Notes: a model not told the origin generated them from the sequence alone. Shown: positions 37,612-50,740, counted from the first letter of the whole stretch. The stretch is 63,988 nucleotides of DNA, filler included, from Octopus bimaculoides (GCF_001194135.2; 5 parts of 5 records of this genome joined end to end with filler, not necessarily neighbours in it); one strand, 5' to 3'. Program-made: numbers and translations.

Positions 37612-37759
37612 TTGTTTGTTTGTCTGTGTGTGTGGGGGAGGGGGTTGTCAGAGTGTTAATCATTTTCAGATTCTTACTTAGTCTTTTCCTTTTCATGGCC
37701 TCTCTCTAAGCTTTTTGAGTATCTTAATGTACTGATTGCTGTTCACAGGACTGTCACCT

Positions 37760-38190
37760 TCCAGAATATCAAGGAGAACGACGCTTTAAGCATCATTAAA
37801 ATATCACCATCATTTTCTAAGCCAATCGCTGGCTCTTTAACTTCTTGGGCCTTGGAAAGAAAATGTAACACCATTCCGTGGTGTGAGCCTTCCTTTCTGG
37901 ATTAAAAAGATACGACCACATTTCATCATTTGTTAACAAATCAGAAAGAACAAACAAAAATAAGAAAACGTATCCTGATCAGCTTCAAATGCTTCTAGCA
38001 GATCAAAGAAGACTTCTACCATTCTCTCTTTCGAATTCGATGACGAGGTACCCACGTTGCACACTTTCCGATACTCAGTGCGGTAAACAATCTTTAACCT
38101 TCGATGGATGCTTGACAGACTGCGCTGTTCCGTCGCCAAGAACTCAACAAAGGTACATTGCTTCTGTTTCGGACCCATTATTTGCATGCA
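37760..38190 (-). mobile_element. mariner N-terminal remnant
   Basis: KQCTFVEFLATE..SIHRRLKIVY; decayed PERK.H..EW...PKK segment. Confidence 0.6.
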
Positions 38191-38254
38191 ATAAAAGAAG
38201 GGCAGAAAGAAGAGTTATTCGGGAAGGAGAGTTACTCAACCAGCATGTGCTGTT

Positions 38255-39145
38255 CCGTGCCAAGGCAACTGTTACCAGGACAACTCATTCCCGGATAACT
38301 CATATCAGACAACTCATACCTGGACAATTGATATCTAGAACAACTGATATAGGACAACTGATATAGGACAACTGATAACAAGTATAAAGTGGTAAAGATT
38401 TAATTTTGAAAGAAAAGGCAAGAATAAAATAACCGCACTCAGCACACACGCACAAATACACGTACGCATAGACACACCACACACACACATACATCCAAAT
38501 ACACACCGCACACACCACACACACGCACACTCAAACACATATACACACACCACACACACACACACAAATACACAGCACAAACACCACACACATGTGCACA
38601 CATACAAATACACACCACACACACGCACTCACATACACACACACTACATTCACACACACGCACGCATACATACACACAACACACACAAATACACACTATA
38701 CAAACCACACATATGCACACACACCACACACATGCGCGCACACACAAAAACACACCACACACATCACTCACACACATACACTCCACACACACGCAAATAC
38801 AAATACACACCATCTACATCATTCACTCACACCCGCACACGCATAAACACACACTCACCCACATACATACACACACACCACACACACATACACACACCAC
38901 ATACACATACACACACACAAATACACATCACGCACACGCACATATACACACCACACACACGCACACACAAACACAACACAAACATGCACACACATCACAC
39001 ACACACACAAATACACACCACACACACGTACACATACACGTACACGCATACACACACACACACACACACACCACACACGTAAAATTTCTTTCAAAATTAG
39101 ATCTTTATCACTTTATACCTGTTATGAGTTGTCCTGTATGCCGTG
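38255..39145. mobile_element. Foldback-like element: inverted arms around a CA-rich interior
   Basis: GGACAACTGATAACAAGTATAAAGTGGTAAAGATTTAATTTTGAAAGAAA (about 38378-38415) versus TTTCTTTCAAAATTAGATCTTTATCACTTTATACCTGTTATGAGTTGTCC (about 39084-39134). Confidence 0.65.
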
Positions 39146-39237
39146 CAGTTTGAACAACTTTCGACAATTAAAAGGTTTCTCCACTCTTTTGCGTAACTTT
39201 CAGAACAACCCTCGAAGGAATAGAATACATACATACA

Positions 39238-39268
<31 letters not shown>

Positions 39269-39699
39269 TCATCATGCCAGCATGCGTACATATCCCGTAA
39301 ACTAGAGAATATAAACAATATTAACAGGATTAACAGCCTCTCATGAACCTGCAATAAATACATCACATCTCGCCTAAAATGCTATGCGTCTGCTATCTGA
39401 GAACAGGAGACACTTTTCCTGATAAATGAAAAAAGAAATTTATAAAGACGACCCTAGACCTCCACGTTGCGATAGAGAGTGTCGATTGCGCCATAGCAGT
39501 GCGGAAGATATGATTCATATCATTAACATCTGTGCAAGAGTATCTGTTACTTTCCTATTGTTGCTAAGACAGTCGACGATGCCCAAAAGATTGCTTTGAT
39601 GGCCATACCAAAGAGATACCAGAACGAGAAAGTCTTCACACCTTTAAAAGTACGTAACACTGCTAGAACATTCTAAAAACAACCGTAAACCAATGTAAG

Positions 39700-40070
39700 C
39701 ATTACAGACCAGATATTGTTGCATGGGACAGGGAACAAAAATCGTACACTGTTGTAGGTATCAGCTACTCGGCCGATGTGAACATCTCGTCAAAAATTGA
39801 GGTAAATGAGAACATCTATAGAGAACTAATGAGAAACATACAGCTCTTATATCCAGGCTTTAGATTTTCCAATTGCCATGGGTGTTCCTATTGCCATGGG
39901 TGTTCCTATTGCCATGGGTGCACTGGCTACGTAACAACTGACCTGCATAGAAATCTAGAAAAGCTTGGATTCTACAAAAAAGAGCAGAACAAGCTGATTC
40001 GCTTTTTCCAGATACCATCGATTTGAAGAACTGAAAATTTGTAAAACTTTACAGGTATTTTCTTTTTCAG
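39700..40070 (+). mobile_element. Probable R4/Dong-like 3' end with an internal 18-bp tandem repeat
   Basis: LRNIQLLYP...GYVT..L..NLEKLGF; (TTGCCATGGGTGTTCCTA) repeated at about 39872-39920. Confidence 0.5.
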
Positions 40071-40629
40071 GTTCTTGGATGACTAGCAGCACACAATCAC
40101 AAATACATATGGAATGCATATGCACATATGCATAAACAGTTATGAAGTATGCACGCGTGTGTGCTAACGCGACACGCACACCCACTACACGAGTGCACTT
40201 TTATCCGGAAACACTCATATATATGCATACGTCAACCAATTCAGATAACTAAAGATCTCAAAAACTATCTTGGAGTGACAGCGCTTTCCAAGCAGAGTTT
40301 AGGAAGATAAAACGAAGGAAAGGGAAAGAAAAGGCAAGAAAGTGTGATTGGAGACACACGCGCACACACAGCCATACATACACTCCACCCACACACATAC
40401 ACATACACCAAAATTTGAAACACATTAGAAAGAGAAATGAAACTCTCTTAAAATGCTCCATAATTAGAAAGCTGAAATAGTAGAATAATGACCTTTAGCG
40501 TAGAAAATAAGGTCATTTCTTTCTCTTATGCAACACAAGACTTAAAGACACCAATACCATTCTCAGCTGCCAAATTAATGGACATTGAACATTACAGCAA
40601 TATTGATTCTGCTGTTTTTTGTTTTGTTT

Positions 40630-41000
40630 TTTTGTGGGGGGGTTCTAGTCCTTGCTGTTCAGTGGAGTGAAGATACAGACGATCTTCGTAGATCCAGGCT
40701 ACTCGGTTCTAAGCAGATGTACTTGGCGTTCCAGCTGCACTTCTCTTAATTGTTTGGAGCAAGCGATAGGTCAGAGATGGTTTCGGACTCTAGTGCTTAC
40801 TTCAACGGCCTGTCACGACTGTCAGCAGATGATGCAAGGCATTGCGAAGAGCAGCTGAAATGAGAATGATAGTGAACGGTTGCACAGGGAACAAATCGCT
40901 CGGCTTGGATGGGTCTGCTTTATGAGTTTTATGGTGTGTGCCAAACTTACTACGCAACTACTTGGCAATAATGTCCATTGCAACAGGCTGTAGAACGGAA
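40630..41000 (-). mobile_element. Tc1 N-terminal remnant
   Basis: Decayed VSTRVRNHL...VQL segment resembling the Tc1 second HTH/linker. Confidence 0.4.
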
Positions 41001-41169
41001 CTGAATCTGAATCGGCTCAGAAGCAAAGCGAATTTCTTATTTATACGGTCATGTCTGCGCATGCAAACACACACGCGCGCACGCGTACGTACAAGTGGGC
41101 ACACACAAATACGTACATATAAATTTACATACATATACATAATACATAAGAGATTTACTTTTCACCTAC

Positions 41170-41287
41170 ATGGCGCCGGGTTCAGTTCTCCTGCGTGGCA
41201 CCTTGGGCAACTGTCATCTACTGCAGTCTCCGGCAGACAAAAGCCTTCTAAGTGGATTTGGTAGACAAGAACTGAAAGAAACCTGTC

Positions 41288-41337
<50 letters not shown>

Positions 41338-41505
41338 ATGTGTGTTTGCATGTGCGCGGGGGTGGGACTGAACCCATAACCGTGCGGTTGGGAAGCAAAT
41401 TTCTTACCATACAGCTAAACCATTTTTTATAAATACACACGTACATACACACATTCATTCGTTTATTTGTATCAGTCATTGGACTGCGGCCATGCTGGAG
41501 CATAA
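41170..41505. mobile_element. Two SINE family B fragments in opposite orientation (41170-41290 +, 41345-41505 -)
   Basis: GGCACCTTGGGCAA/GTGGATTTGGTAGAC on +; reverse-complement tail CAGTCATTGGACTGCGGCCATGCTGGAGCA. Confidence 0.7.
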
Positions 41506-41974
41506 TAGTGATTAATACATTTACGTTACAAATTNNNNNNNNNNNNNNNNNNNNNNNNNNNNNNNNNNNNNNNNNNNNNNNNNNNNNNNNNNNNNNNNNN
41601 NNNNNNNNNNNNNNNNNNNNNNNNNNNNNNNNNNNNNNNNNNNNNNNNNNNNNNNNNNNNNNNNNNNNNNNNNNNNNNNNNNNNNNNNNNNNNNNNNNNN
41701 NNNNNNNNNNNNNNNNNNNNNNNNNNNNNNNNNNNNNNNNNNNNNNNNNNNNNNNNNNNNNNNNNNNNNNNNNNNNNNNNNNNNNNNNNNNNNNNNNNNN
41801 NNNNNNNNNNNNNNNNNNNNNNNNNNNNNNNNNNNNNNNNNNNNNNNNNNNNNNNNNNNNNNNNNNNNNNNNNNNNNNNNNNNNNNNNNNNNNNNNNNNN
41901 NNNNNNNNNNNNNNNNNNNNNNNNNNNNNNNNNNNNNNNNNNNNNNNNNNNNNNNNNNNNNNNNNNNNNNNNNN

Positions 41975-42008
<34 letters not shown>

Positions 42009-42889
42009 ACACACACACACACATACACACACACACACATACACACACACACATACACACACACACACATATACACACACAACGCGCATGCGCGCACGCA
42101 CGCACGCACTTCACTGAACACAAAACAAACATTTACCAGGATTGGATATATATTTTCTTTTTCTTATGGGTCTCCATCGCTTACTACGATGAGTATTCAA
42201 TTCTTCAAGCAAATGAACTGCCATATTTGATGGCAGATAAAGATGTACTTATTTTTTCCTTAAATTGTGTCTCAAAATATGACAACGACTTCCATATGTA
42301 AAATTGTGCCTATATTACAGACTTTAATGCACAAAAGTTTTTTTCCTGAATTTGTGCTACTGAAATCCGGGTGCGTCCAACGTACGCATGCGTCTTTAAT
42401 GCCATCAGCTACGATACATATTACACGTAGAATATACATGCAAATATATTACCGTATTCGTTGGCATATAAAACGTTTTTCTCCCATCAAATGTCTCAAA
42501 AACAAAAACAAAAAATCTCACCCGGGTACTACATGCGAAGTTGGGCCTCTCATAAGCTTATTTTGTGTTTCAATACATTAGCTTTTTTATATTTTACAGA
42601 ATATGCTTAGACTATGCACTGCTGAAATTGGGGTGCGTCTAATGTACCGGTACATCTTTTCTGCCATCAAATGCAGAATATAATATATTTCACACACACA
42701 CATATATATGTGTGTGTGTGTGTGTATGTATATGCATGTATATATATGTGTGTATGTATATGTATGTATATGCATGTATATATTTCACACACACAAACAC
42801 ACACACACACACACACATACATACATATACACTTACACACACACACATACATATACATATACATATACAAAAGGATCAAGGGTAAAGAG

Positions 42890-43218
42890 CCCCTTCGGTC
42901 ATGGATGACCATAGGATTGCACCTAGAAAGTTACTCTCCGAGGGCACAAGTCCGGGGAAAGTTGTTTATGGAAGACCAGCAGTCGGTCATGCATGCCTGC
43001 CTCTCCTCTCCACGCCACCGATGCTATCCAAGGGAAAGGCAAAGTCCGATTCAGCTTGGCACTAGTGACGTCGCAACTCATTTCTACAGCTGAGTGAACT
43101 AGAGCAACGTGAAATAAAGTGTCTTGCTCAAAACACAACACACAGCCCGGTCGGCCAATCGAACTCACAACCTCATGATTGTTTGCCCAGCACTCTAACC
43201 ACTGAGCCATGCGCCTTC
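42890..43218 (-). mobile_element. tRNA-derived SINE family C
   Basis: Minus head GGCGCATGGCTCAGTGGTTAGAGTGCTGG...GAGTTCGATT; body TTGAGCAAGACACT...CACTCAGCTGTAGAAATGAGT. Confidence 0.85.
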
Positions 43219-43479
43219 ATACATACATATGAATATATTTTATCTTGTACCTTCTGCCCTACTCTGAAACTCTAGGCCCACTCACCACGTAATATCCCCC
43301 CCCCCCCAGGTTAGTCTAGCTTACTGATAATTCTAATTTATTTTCCCCATATGCTATTCTCCTTCTACACATGGTCTCCTTGACACCACCCCACTTTGCA
43401 TCCCTCTTAGCTACCCATACCAGTATTGGCCACTTCTTTCTACATATTTTCCGAAAACTTTTGAACTGTATACATCTAC

Positions 43480-46400
43480 CCCTCATTATGTTTGCTAAAT
43501 TCTATCATGGGATTTAATTTTGTAGTATTTACAAGCATTCCAGTGGATGTACTTCCCTATTCTGTCATGTCTTATGAAGTACTTCTTTTCAGCGAGGTCG
43601 AGGCAGCAAGAAACAACATGATCAATTGTCTCTGTGAATTTTCTGCAAATTCTACACGAGGGGTCAGATCCATCTTAAGGACGTTTGCACGGTAGTTTCT
43701 GGTAGACAAGCTCTAATCCTGCGCTGCAATAACAAAACCTTCTGTTTCCCCTTTCAGACCTGTCCCTTGTAGTCATCGGTGTGTTAGATTTTGATCAATA
43801 TCTGGCTTAGACAGGCGGTTAGAGTATTTTCCATGCAGGAGTTTACCTTTCCAGTTTTCGTCGATACTATTCATGCAAGCCTTCTTTGCTTTTTGCTTGA
43901 TGATTTTTGCATCAATGATAGGTTTGTCACTATTTGGATCGCTTTGGTCTTTCTCATTGTTAATTTCTAAATCGGGAGAAGCAATGGTAGGTCTGTCAGT
44001 ATTTGAGTGCCTTTGGTCATTCTTCTTGTTAACTTCTAAGCCAAGAGACTTTTTAAATTTCTGACTAAGCTTCATGACTGAAGCTTGCTTGGAATCTTCA
44101 TGCTTCAGTGCAGTTCCTAGGAGCACATCACTTGTTGTATTAAGGTACGTCAAGGCCCATAATTGCTGATTTGAGCTGTATCAGGCCTCTTCCACCTTGG
44201 GAGATAAATCTTATCTACATCTGATTTTGGGTAGTGCATTCGGTACCTTGTAACGATTTTACGGATCTTTCCATCTATATTTTCTGCATGTCAGTGAGAC
44301 TCCACTGAATGATACCGAAGCTATATGTGATTACTGGTATGGCCAAAGAATTGATCGCATTAATTCTGTTGGCAGCATTTAATTCTGAGTTTAGGACCAT
44401 TCAAACTCTTCGGTATTGCATTCCTTGCGGATTTTCTCTTTCATTTTAGAGTGCTGGATTCCATCACTTTCATTGGTTCCCAGATATTTGCATATTTCGG
44501 ATTGGTCTAGGTTTCGAATAGCTGTGGTAATATCAAGTTCAATGTTTTCTGCCTTTATGAACTTCCCTGACTTGAAAGTAGCCTTTGCACATTTATCAAG
44601 TCCGAATTCCATACCTATATCAGAGCTGAATTCTTTGACAATATTCAGGAGCTCTTCTAATTCTTTGTCGTTTTTGGCAAACAATTTTAGATCATCCATA
44701 TAGAGTAGATGATTAATTTTCCGGTCAAAGATCTTATACCCTCTCTTAGCATTATTCAGTTGCGTGGATAAAGAGAACAGAGCGAGGCAGAATAGTAATG
44801 GTGATAATGAGTCACCTTGAAAGTTACCACAGGCGACATTGATGTCTGGTGAGGTGGTATATCCTTGTGTATGGTTTAAAATGAAGGTGGTTCTCCACGA
44901 ATTCATGATTACTTTTAAAAAGTTCACTATTGTTGGAGCTATCTTGTAAATTTCCAGGGCCTTGATGATCCATGCATTGGGGTGGGGTGGGGGGAGCATT
45001 GTCTAAAGCCTTCTTGTAATCTATCCAAGCAGCGCTAAGGTTACTGCGTTTAGATTTGCAATTTTCAATGACCATTTTATCAATCGGTAATTGGTCCTTA
45101 CATCCATATGAACTCATTTTACATCCCTTTTGTTCCACTGGGAATAGCTTCCTATTGTCCAAGAATTCATATGCTCTATTCACGATTATAGATGTTAATA
45201 GTTTATATATTGTGGTGAGGCATGTTATGGGTCGGTATTTTGGTGGGTTTGTAGTTTCTTCTGTTTTTGGTAAGAGATATGTAATCCCTTCTGTAAGCCA
45301 TTTTGGGGCTTTCGCAGGGTTGGACATGACTTCATTGAGTGCTACGACTAAGTTGTGGTTTGTGCTCATTAAAGAGTTTAGCCAAAAATTTGAAATCTTA
45401 TCTATACCAGGGAATTTCCATTTCTTTGACTTGGCGAGCGCCGCTTTCACTTCTTCAGTTGTCATATCCTGCCATTCTTGATATTTGAGGTGGGCATTGG
45501 CCTCTCCTATGTCCCTGACCCAATGTGCGTTCTGATTAAATTCCTTTGGATTACTTCAAATGTTTTTCCAAAAATCTTCAGTTTACTTCTGGGGAGGAGG
45601 TGTTTTCACAATAAGGTTATTTTTCCGCTGTTCCCTGTAGAATTTTTTGCATTCTTCTTGAATAGTATGTTTTGTGTATGGAACGCTGAACGTTTTTTTT
45701 TTTTGTATCTTGCCAGTCGTTTGTTTTTTAATTGTAGGTTTTGTTTGAGGATTTCAATTTGTGTATCCTCTGTTTTCTTGTAAAGGTCATGTTTAGCAAT
45801 TATTCTTATTAGTTTGTTGGAGTCATTAGTTTTTCCTTCGCTTGCTTCAAGTAGAAAAGATATATCTGCTCTTAGTTGGATTATTTTCCCGGTTATTCTT
45901 TCCATCCATGCAGGCTGTTTGTGTACATTGCGCTTTTTTTTAGTCTGTCGCTAATTTTAATACTGCATTTCTGAGTTGCAACATAGGCAACTGAGTAAAT
46001 GAGTCGATCAATCACTCCGAGGGCATTTTCTCTATAATTCTCAAAGGAGTTGTCGTATCAGCTTTCCAAGTGCTTGATCAATTTCTTAGATTACTTTTTA
46101 GTTAGTATTAATAATTTTGGGGCTCTTTCGTGGAAAGGTTGATGTAGTTCTAGTATTCCATCTAACAGTTCATTGCTGACGGGATCATTTATAGTGTTTT
46201 TAGTATCAACTGATGGTCCACTTTCATAGGGTTCCATGCACCTAGTTTGCTGGTTTTAGTTAGTGATTTCAGAGCTTTTTGCCTGTGGATATAAGTGAGT
46301 GTGTGTTATACTGAACTGACTTTTGACTGATCTAACTAGTTTGTCAATTTCGATGACAGTTAGTCTTTTTTTTTTTTAGGATATCATGTCTCGCAGCTCC

Positions 46401-46930
46401 TAGTTTATTACTGTTCATGTACAGCCTGCTATGCGGGATTTTGCACCTCTAGATATTGTAGTTCGCTTTTTGTGTGGTTGATGTTTCTGGGTTTAGTGTT
46501 GAATAATAATAAGCATGCATAACTGCGATATATTCCTCCTTTGTCCATTTCTGTCTCGTATTTCTATTTCTTGAAGATAGTTTTGCTAGTTGATCCTGAA
46601 CGTCAGTATCGGGAATATCCTTAGTTTGATTTGCTACAGGTTCTTGAAGAGATTGGTCCGGATTTAAAGACTTTTCTAGGTCAGTGTCAGAACTTAAGGT
46701 CACTGATAAACGCGTTCTTCGAACGACACGGGTTCTAGTGGGTATTTCCATGGTTGGTATCCAGGGCCGTGCTATAAGCGCACAGAGTTAGCCAGCTGTC
46801 TGGTTCCTTGGGTAAGGTTCAGAGGTCCCAGGCATCATCATTTTCCAGGGGAAAAAAATTATTTTGAAAAGTTTTAAATTAGTTCATGTCATAACCTGCC
46901 GCCTGGAAGGTGTTAAATGGCAGGCCAACA
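43480..46930 (-). mobile_element. Long R4/Dong-like retrotransposon copy with apparent 5' end; frameshifted, 3'-truncated
   Basis: RQKWTKEEYIAVMHAYY, WKFPGIDKI, YRPITCL, CKDQL, WIDYKKA, FQGDSLSPLLF, HLLYMDDLKLF, CRICRKFTETIDHVVSCC, RHDRIG. Confidence 0.9.
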
Positions 46931-47038
46931 GAATTCATGTAGTATCGTAGAAAGAGGTAGATATTGGATTGACAGCCAGAGAGAGACGGAGACAGGGAGA
47001 CGAAAGACAGAACCATCATGCAGTCTCCAACTAGCATT

Positions 47039-47897
47039 GGATCTTTCTGATTTGGCGGACACCGTTTTTATATTTAGTTTTTATTTAGTGTGTTTTCTAC
47101 CGAAACACTTTAAAACTTCGTATACTTGTATATTTTGTCTTATAGAACAGAGAAAAGTTTTTATATTCGAAGTTATTTCATGTTAAAAGTAGTCGTATTT
47201 CGGTAATTTCAACCAATCACTGACGTCTATTGAGGTGAAAACAATTACTGCTGTGGATTGTCAACAAGACGTTGTGGCGGTGTAATGGGATCTTTTCCCT
47301 TGAATAAAATTAGTGCCGTTGTTTGTCAACAACAACTATCGGCGATATTGTTATTTATGACATCGCTCGTGCATTTGTACTGGTTTTAGCTTTAGGGTTC
47401 GGGTTTTAGAGTTAGGGTTAAGGTTTGGGTTTTAGGGTTAAGGTTAGGGTTATGAGTATTTTTGCCAAATTTGGTGAAAATTTTGTGGCGGTGTATTGAA
47501 CAGATTTTCACCAAATTTGGCAAAAATATTCATAACCCTAACCCTAAAGCTAAAACCAGTACAAACGTACGAACGATGTCATAAATAACAGTACCACCGA
47601 TAGTTGTTGTTGACAAACAACGGTACTAATTTTATTCAAGGGAAAAGATTCCATTACACCACCGCAACGTCTTGTTGACAATCCACAGCAGTAATTGTTT
47701 TCACCTCAATAGACGTCAGTGATTGGTTGAAATTACCGAAATTCGACAATTTTAACACAAAATAACTTTAAAAATATAAACTTTTCTCAACAACACTAAG
47801 AGTAAAAGATGTTTTATATGACACATTCTAACAGTGTCCCAGGTTTGAAAGTGTTTCGTTAAGAAAACAAGTAGTGTTCGCCAAATCAGAAAGGTCC
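47039..47897. mobile_element. ~860-bp palindromic foldback/MITE containing TTAGGG-like repeats
   Basis: Ends GGATCTTTCTGATTTGGCGGACAC / GTGTTCGCCAAATCAGAAAGGTCC; arms pair through most of their length; loop about 47483-47502. Confidence 0.88.
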
Positions 47898-48284
47898 CTA
47901 GCTATTTCCAGTAGGACGGTAATGGCGATGGCGGCGGCGGTGGTAGAAGTGGTAATGGGATTGTATATGTTCTGTCAGCAGGATGTAAACGCTGTCGCAT
48001 GTGTGTGTTTGTCTCCAGACAAATCACTATTATCATTGTTATTATGAGTAGCAGAAGTAATAGTACCAGCAGAAGTAATAGTACCAGTAGTAGTGCGATC
48101 AGGAAGTGAAAGAAGCGTCACACCCTTGCGGTCAGCAGAGGTCAAATGTGTTTACTACTACAAGCGACCAATGAGAGGTCTGACCTTGGTCTTGAAAATG
48201 ACCAATTCACCTTGTTCTGTTTTAATTACAAATAGAAAAAATAACAATAGTACACACACACACACACTCACACACACACACACA

Positions 48285-48325
<41 letters not shown>

Positions 48326-48410
48326 GATCTTTGTGGTTTTCGTCACTGTGTATAATTTTGTTCCAATTGTTTTCAAATTTGCTATAGGGATTAAGTGTTG
48401 TATACTAAAT

Positions 48411-48855
48411 GAAATCTTTCTGATTTGACGGGCACCACTTGTTTTCTTAACGAAACACTTTCAAACTTGGGATACTGGTAGAATGTGTCATATAAAACAT
48501 TTTTTCTCTTAGCTTTCTTAACAAAAATGTATATATTGCAAGTTATTTCATGTTAAAGTTGTCGTATTTCTGTAATTTCAACCAATCACTGACGTCTATT
48601 CAGCTGAATACAGTTACTGCTGTTTTTGTAAACAATAATTTTTGCCGGTGTCAAGAGTGTTATTCCCTGTTTAATTATATCATTATTCCCTAGTAAGGGT
48701 TTAGGGTTAGGGTTAGGGTTTTAGAGTTAGAGTTAGGGTTTTAGGGTTAGGGTTGGGGTTAGGGTTAGGGTTATGGTTATGAGTTATAGGGTTTTAGGGT
48801 TAGGGTTAGGGTTATGAGTGAGGTTATGGCAAAAATAATCATAACCCTAACCGTA
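48411..48855. mobile_element. Second copy of the TTAGGG-bearing foldback family, cut by a gap
   Basis: ATCTTTCTGATTTGACGGGCACC...CAACCAATCACTGACGTCTATT...(TTAGGG)n...CATAACCCTAACC. Confidence 0.82.
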
Positions 48856-49264
48856 NNNNNNNNNNNNNNNNNNNNNNNNNNNNNNNNNNNNNNNNNNNNT
48901 TAATTAATTAANNNNNNNNNNNNNNNNNNNNNNNNNNNNNNNNNNNNNNNNNNNNATATATATATATATATATACATATCACTTGCTGAAAATATTCCCA
49001 CAAATAAATTGATCAGGATCACCCTTAATCAAGCAGATTGATGACCCCATAGCATTCAGATTATCCTGTCAAATGTAATCCTCATTTATTCACATTGTTT
49101 TGAATTAATCATGCATTATCTCATAGCTGTGAGATTTTGTGATTGTTTGTTTTTAGAATGACATTGTAGAGTAGGTTTGAGAGGCCAGATCTGACTAGGA
49201 TGAACATGCTACAGGCAGAATATTCAGGCTGGGTATGGCCGGAGGCAAAAACATTGGTTGAGAA

Positions 49265-49723
49265 CAGTGATCCTGAACCATTTTTTTGCCTATGCAGCCC
49301 CTTTGCCTTTGGATCCCCTTTGATTCCTATTTCTTCTACAGGACCCTATGAAGCATTCAATGTTATAAAAAGTCCCATTAAATTTGTAGAATTAAATATT
49401 ATAAGGAACTGTGTAAAAAAAAATTGTTAAAATATTTTGTGTACTGTAGGATAGGGGTCAGTGAACTGGGGTAAATTACCCCAAGTGGGGTAAAAATGAA
49501 ATTCTTGAGGGTAATGAGGACTCATTAAACATATGTAAAATTATATAAAAAAATGTGTTCCTTGTTATCTATGATTTTCTTCCTTTCAACTTAAGGGGGT
49601 AATGTCAGCGTAAATAAATATATTTTGGGGTAATTAATTAAAAAAGTTCCCCAACCCCTGCTGTAGCAGTATAACCAAATTCTAACAGGAAAATTTTACA
49701 TGGACGCCAGTTGAGAACCACTG
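49265..49723. mobile_element. hAT-like MITE with a nested 209-bp hAT-like MITE (49452-49660)
   Basis: Outer ends CAGTGATCCTGAACC / GTTGAGAACCACTG; inner ends TAGGGGTCAGTGAACT / AGTTCCCCAACCCCTG with 8-bp TSD CTGTAGGA/CTGTAGCA. Confidence 0.72.
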
Positions 49724-50027
49724 TGCTAAAAGGATTCCAGCTACAAAAATCCCATCTTTCTTTCTTTTTTTCTTTTCAGCCATGGTATAGCAACAACTAC
49801 TTTAGCCAATATCTCTTTCCTTTCTTTACATTTTCAAAATGGCAGATTGTGATTTGAGAGATATTTGATTGCTATATCTCCCAGGTCACTTAACCACACA
49901 GAAAACTCTCCAGTTAACTCACCCCTACAATGAGTCAATAAAACAGAGTGTTTTATATCCATTCATAGCCAGATTATTTACATACAGTGTACTCAGCAGA
50001 CTGTCCATTAATTGATTTCAAATTTTG

Positions 50028-50440
50028 GCACAAGGCCAGCAATTTTAGGGAGAGAGTAAGTTGATTACATCAACCCCAGTGTTCGACTCGTACTTATTTT
50101 ATCGACGCTGGAAGGATGAAAAACAAAGTCGACCTCCGCGGAATTTGAACTCAGAATGTGAAGATGGACGAAATGCCGCTAAGCATTTTGCCCAGCATGC
50201 TAACGATTCTTCCAGCTCACTGCCTTAGACTGTCCATTAATTGATCTAATTATTTTGGATAAGTCTAATAGATAGGGTTCTATCAATAGTTGTTCATAAA
50301 GGTGGCGAGCTGGCAGAATTGTTGGTAGGCCAGGCAAAATACTTAGCAGCATTTCATCTGTCTTCAGATTTTGAGTTCAAATTCTGCCGAGGTTGACTTT
50401 ACCTTTCATCCTTAAGGGGTCGATAAAATAAGTGCCAGTT
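50028..50440. mobile_element. Divergent pair of SINE family A copies (50028-50225 -, 50300-50440 +)
   Basis: Direct similarity to other family A copies. Confidence 0.85.
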
Positions 50441-50444
50441 TAAT

Positions 50445-50740
50445 GATAGACCTCACGAAGGCAAAGTGGTTGAGTTCCTTTCAAGCATTGAAACCTCACG
50501 GAGACAATGACCGAGACCTTTGGCATTATGTCGTGCTTGAGAAGAAGACTCATCAAGCTGAGCAAAATCGCAGTCGTGGCAGATACTGGTGTCATGCAAA
50601 TGGCACCCATGCCAGTGGCATGTAAAAGCACCCATTACATTCTCAGAGTGGTTGGCATTAGGAAGGGCATCCAACTGTAGAAAACCATGCCAAATCAGAC
50701 TGGAATCTGGTGCAGCCTTCCAGCTTACCAGCCCTGATCA
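50445..50740 (+). mobile_element. Interspersed element fragment with RTE-like 3' region; related reverse fragment about 57680-57800
   Basis: GTTGGCATTAGGAAGGGCATCCAACTGTAGAAAACCATGCC; reverse-complement tail CCAACCCGTGCCAGCATGGAAAGCAGAC...(ATG)n at 57680-57715. Confidence 0.45.

Noticed and set aside
48695-48855. True chromosome end
   Set aside because: TTAGGG arrays are short, degenerate and embedded in a repeated foldback element with sequence on both sides.
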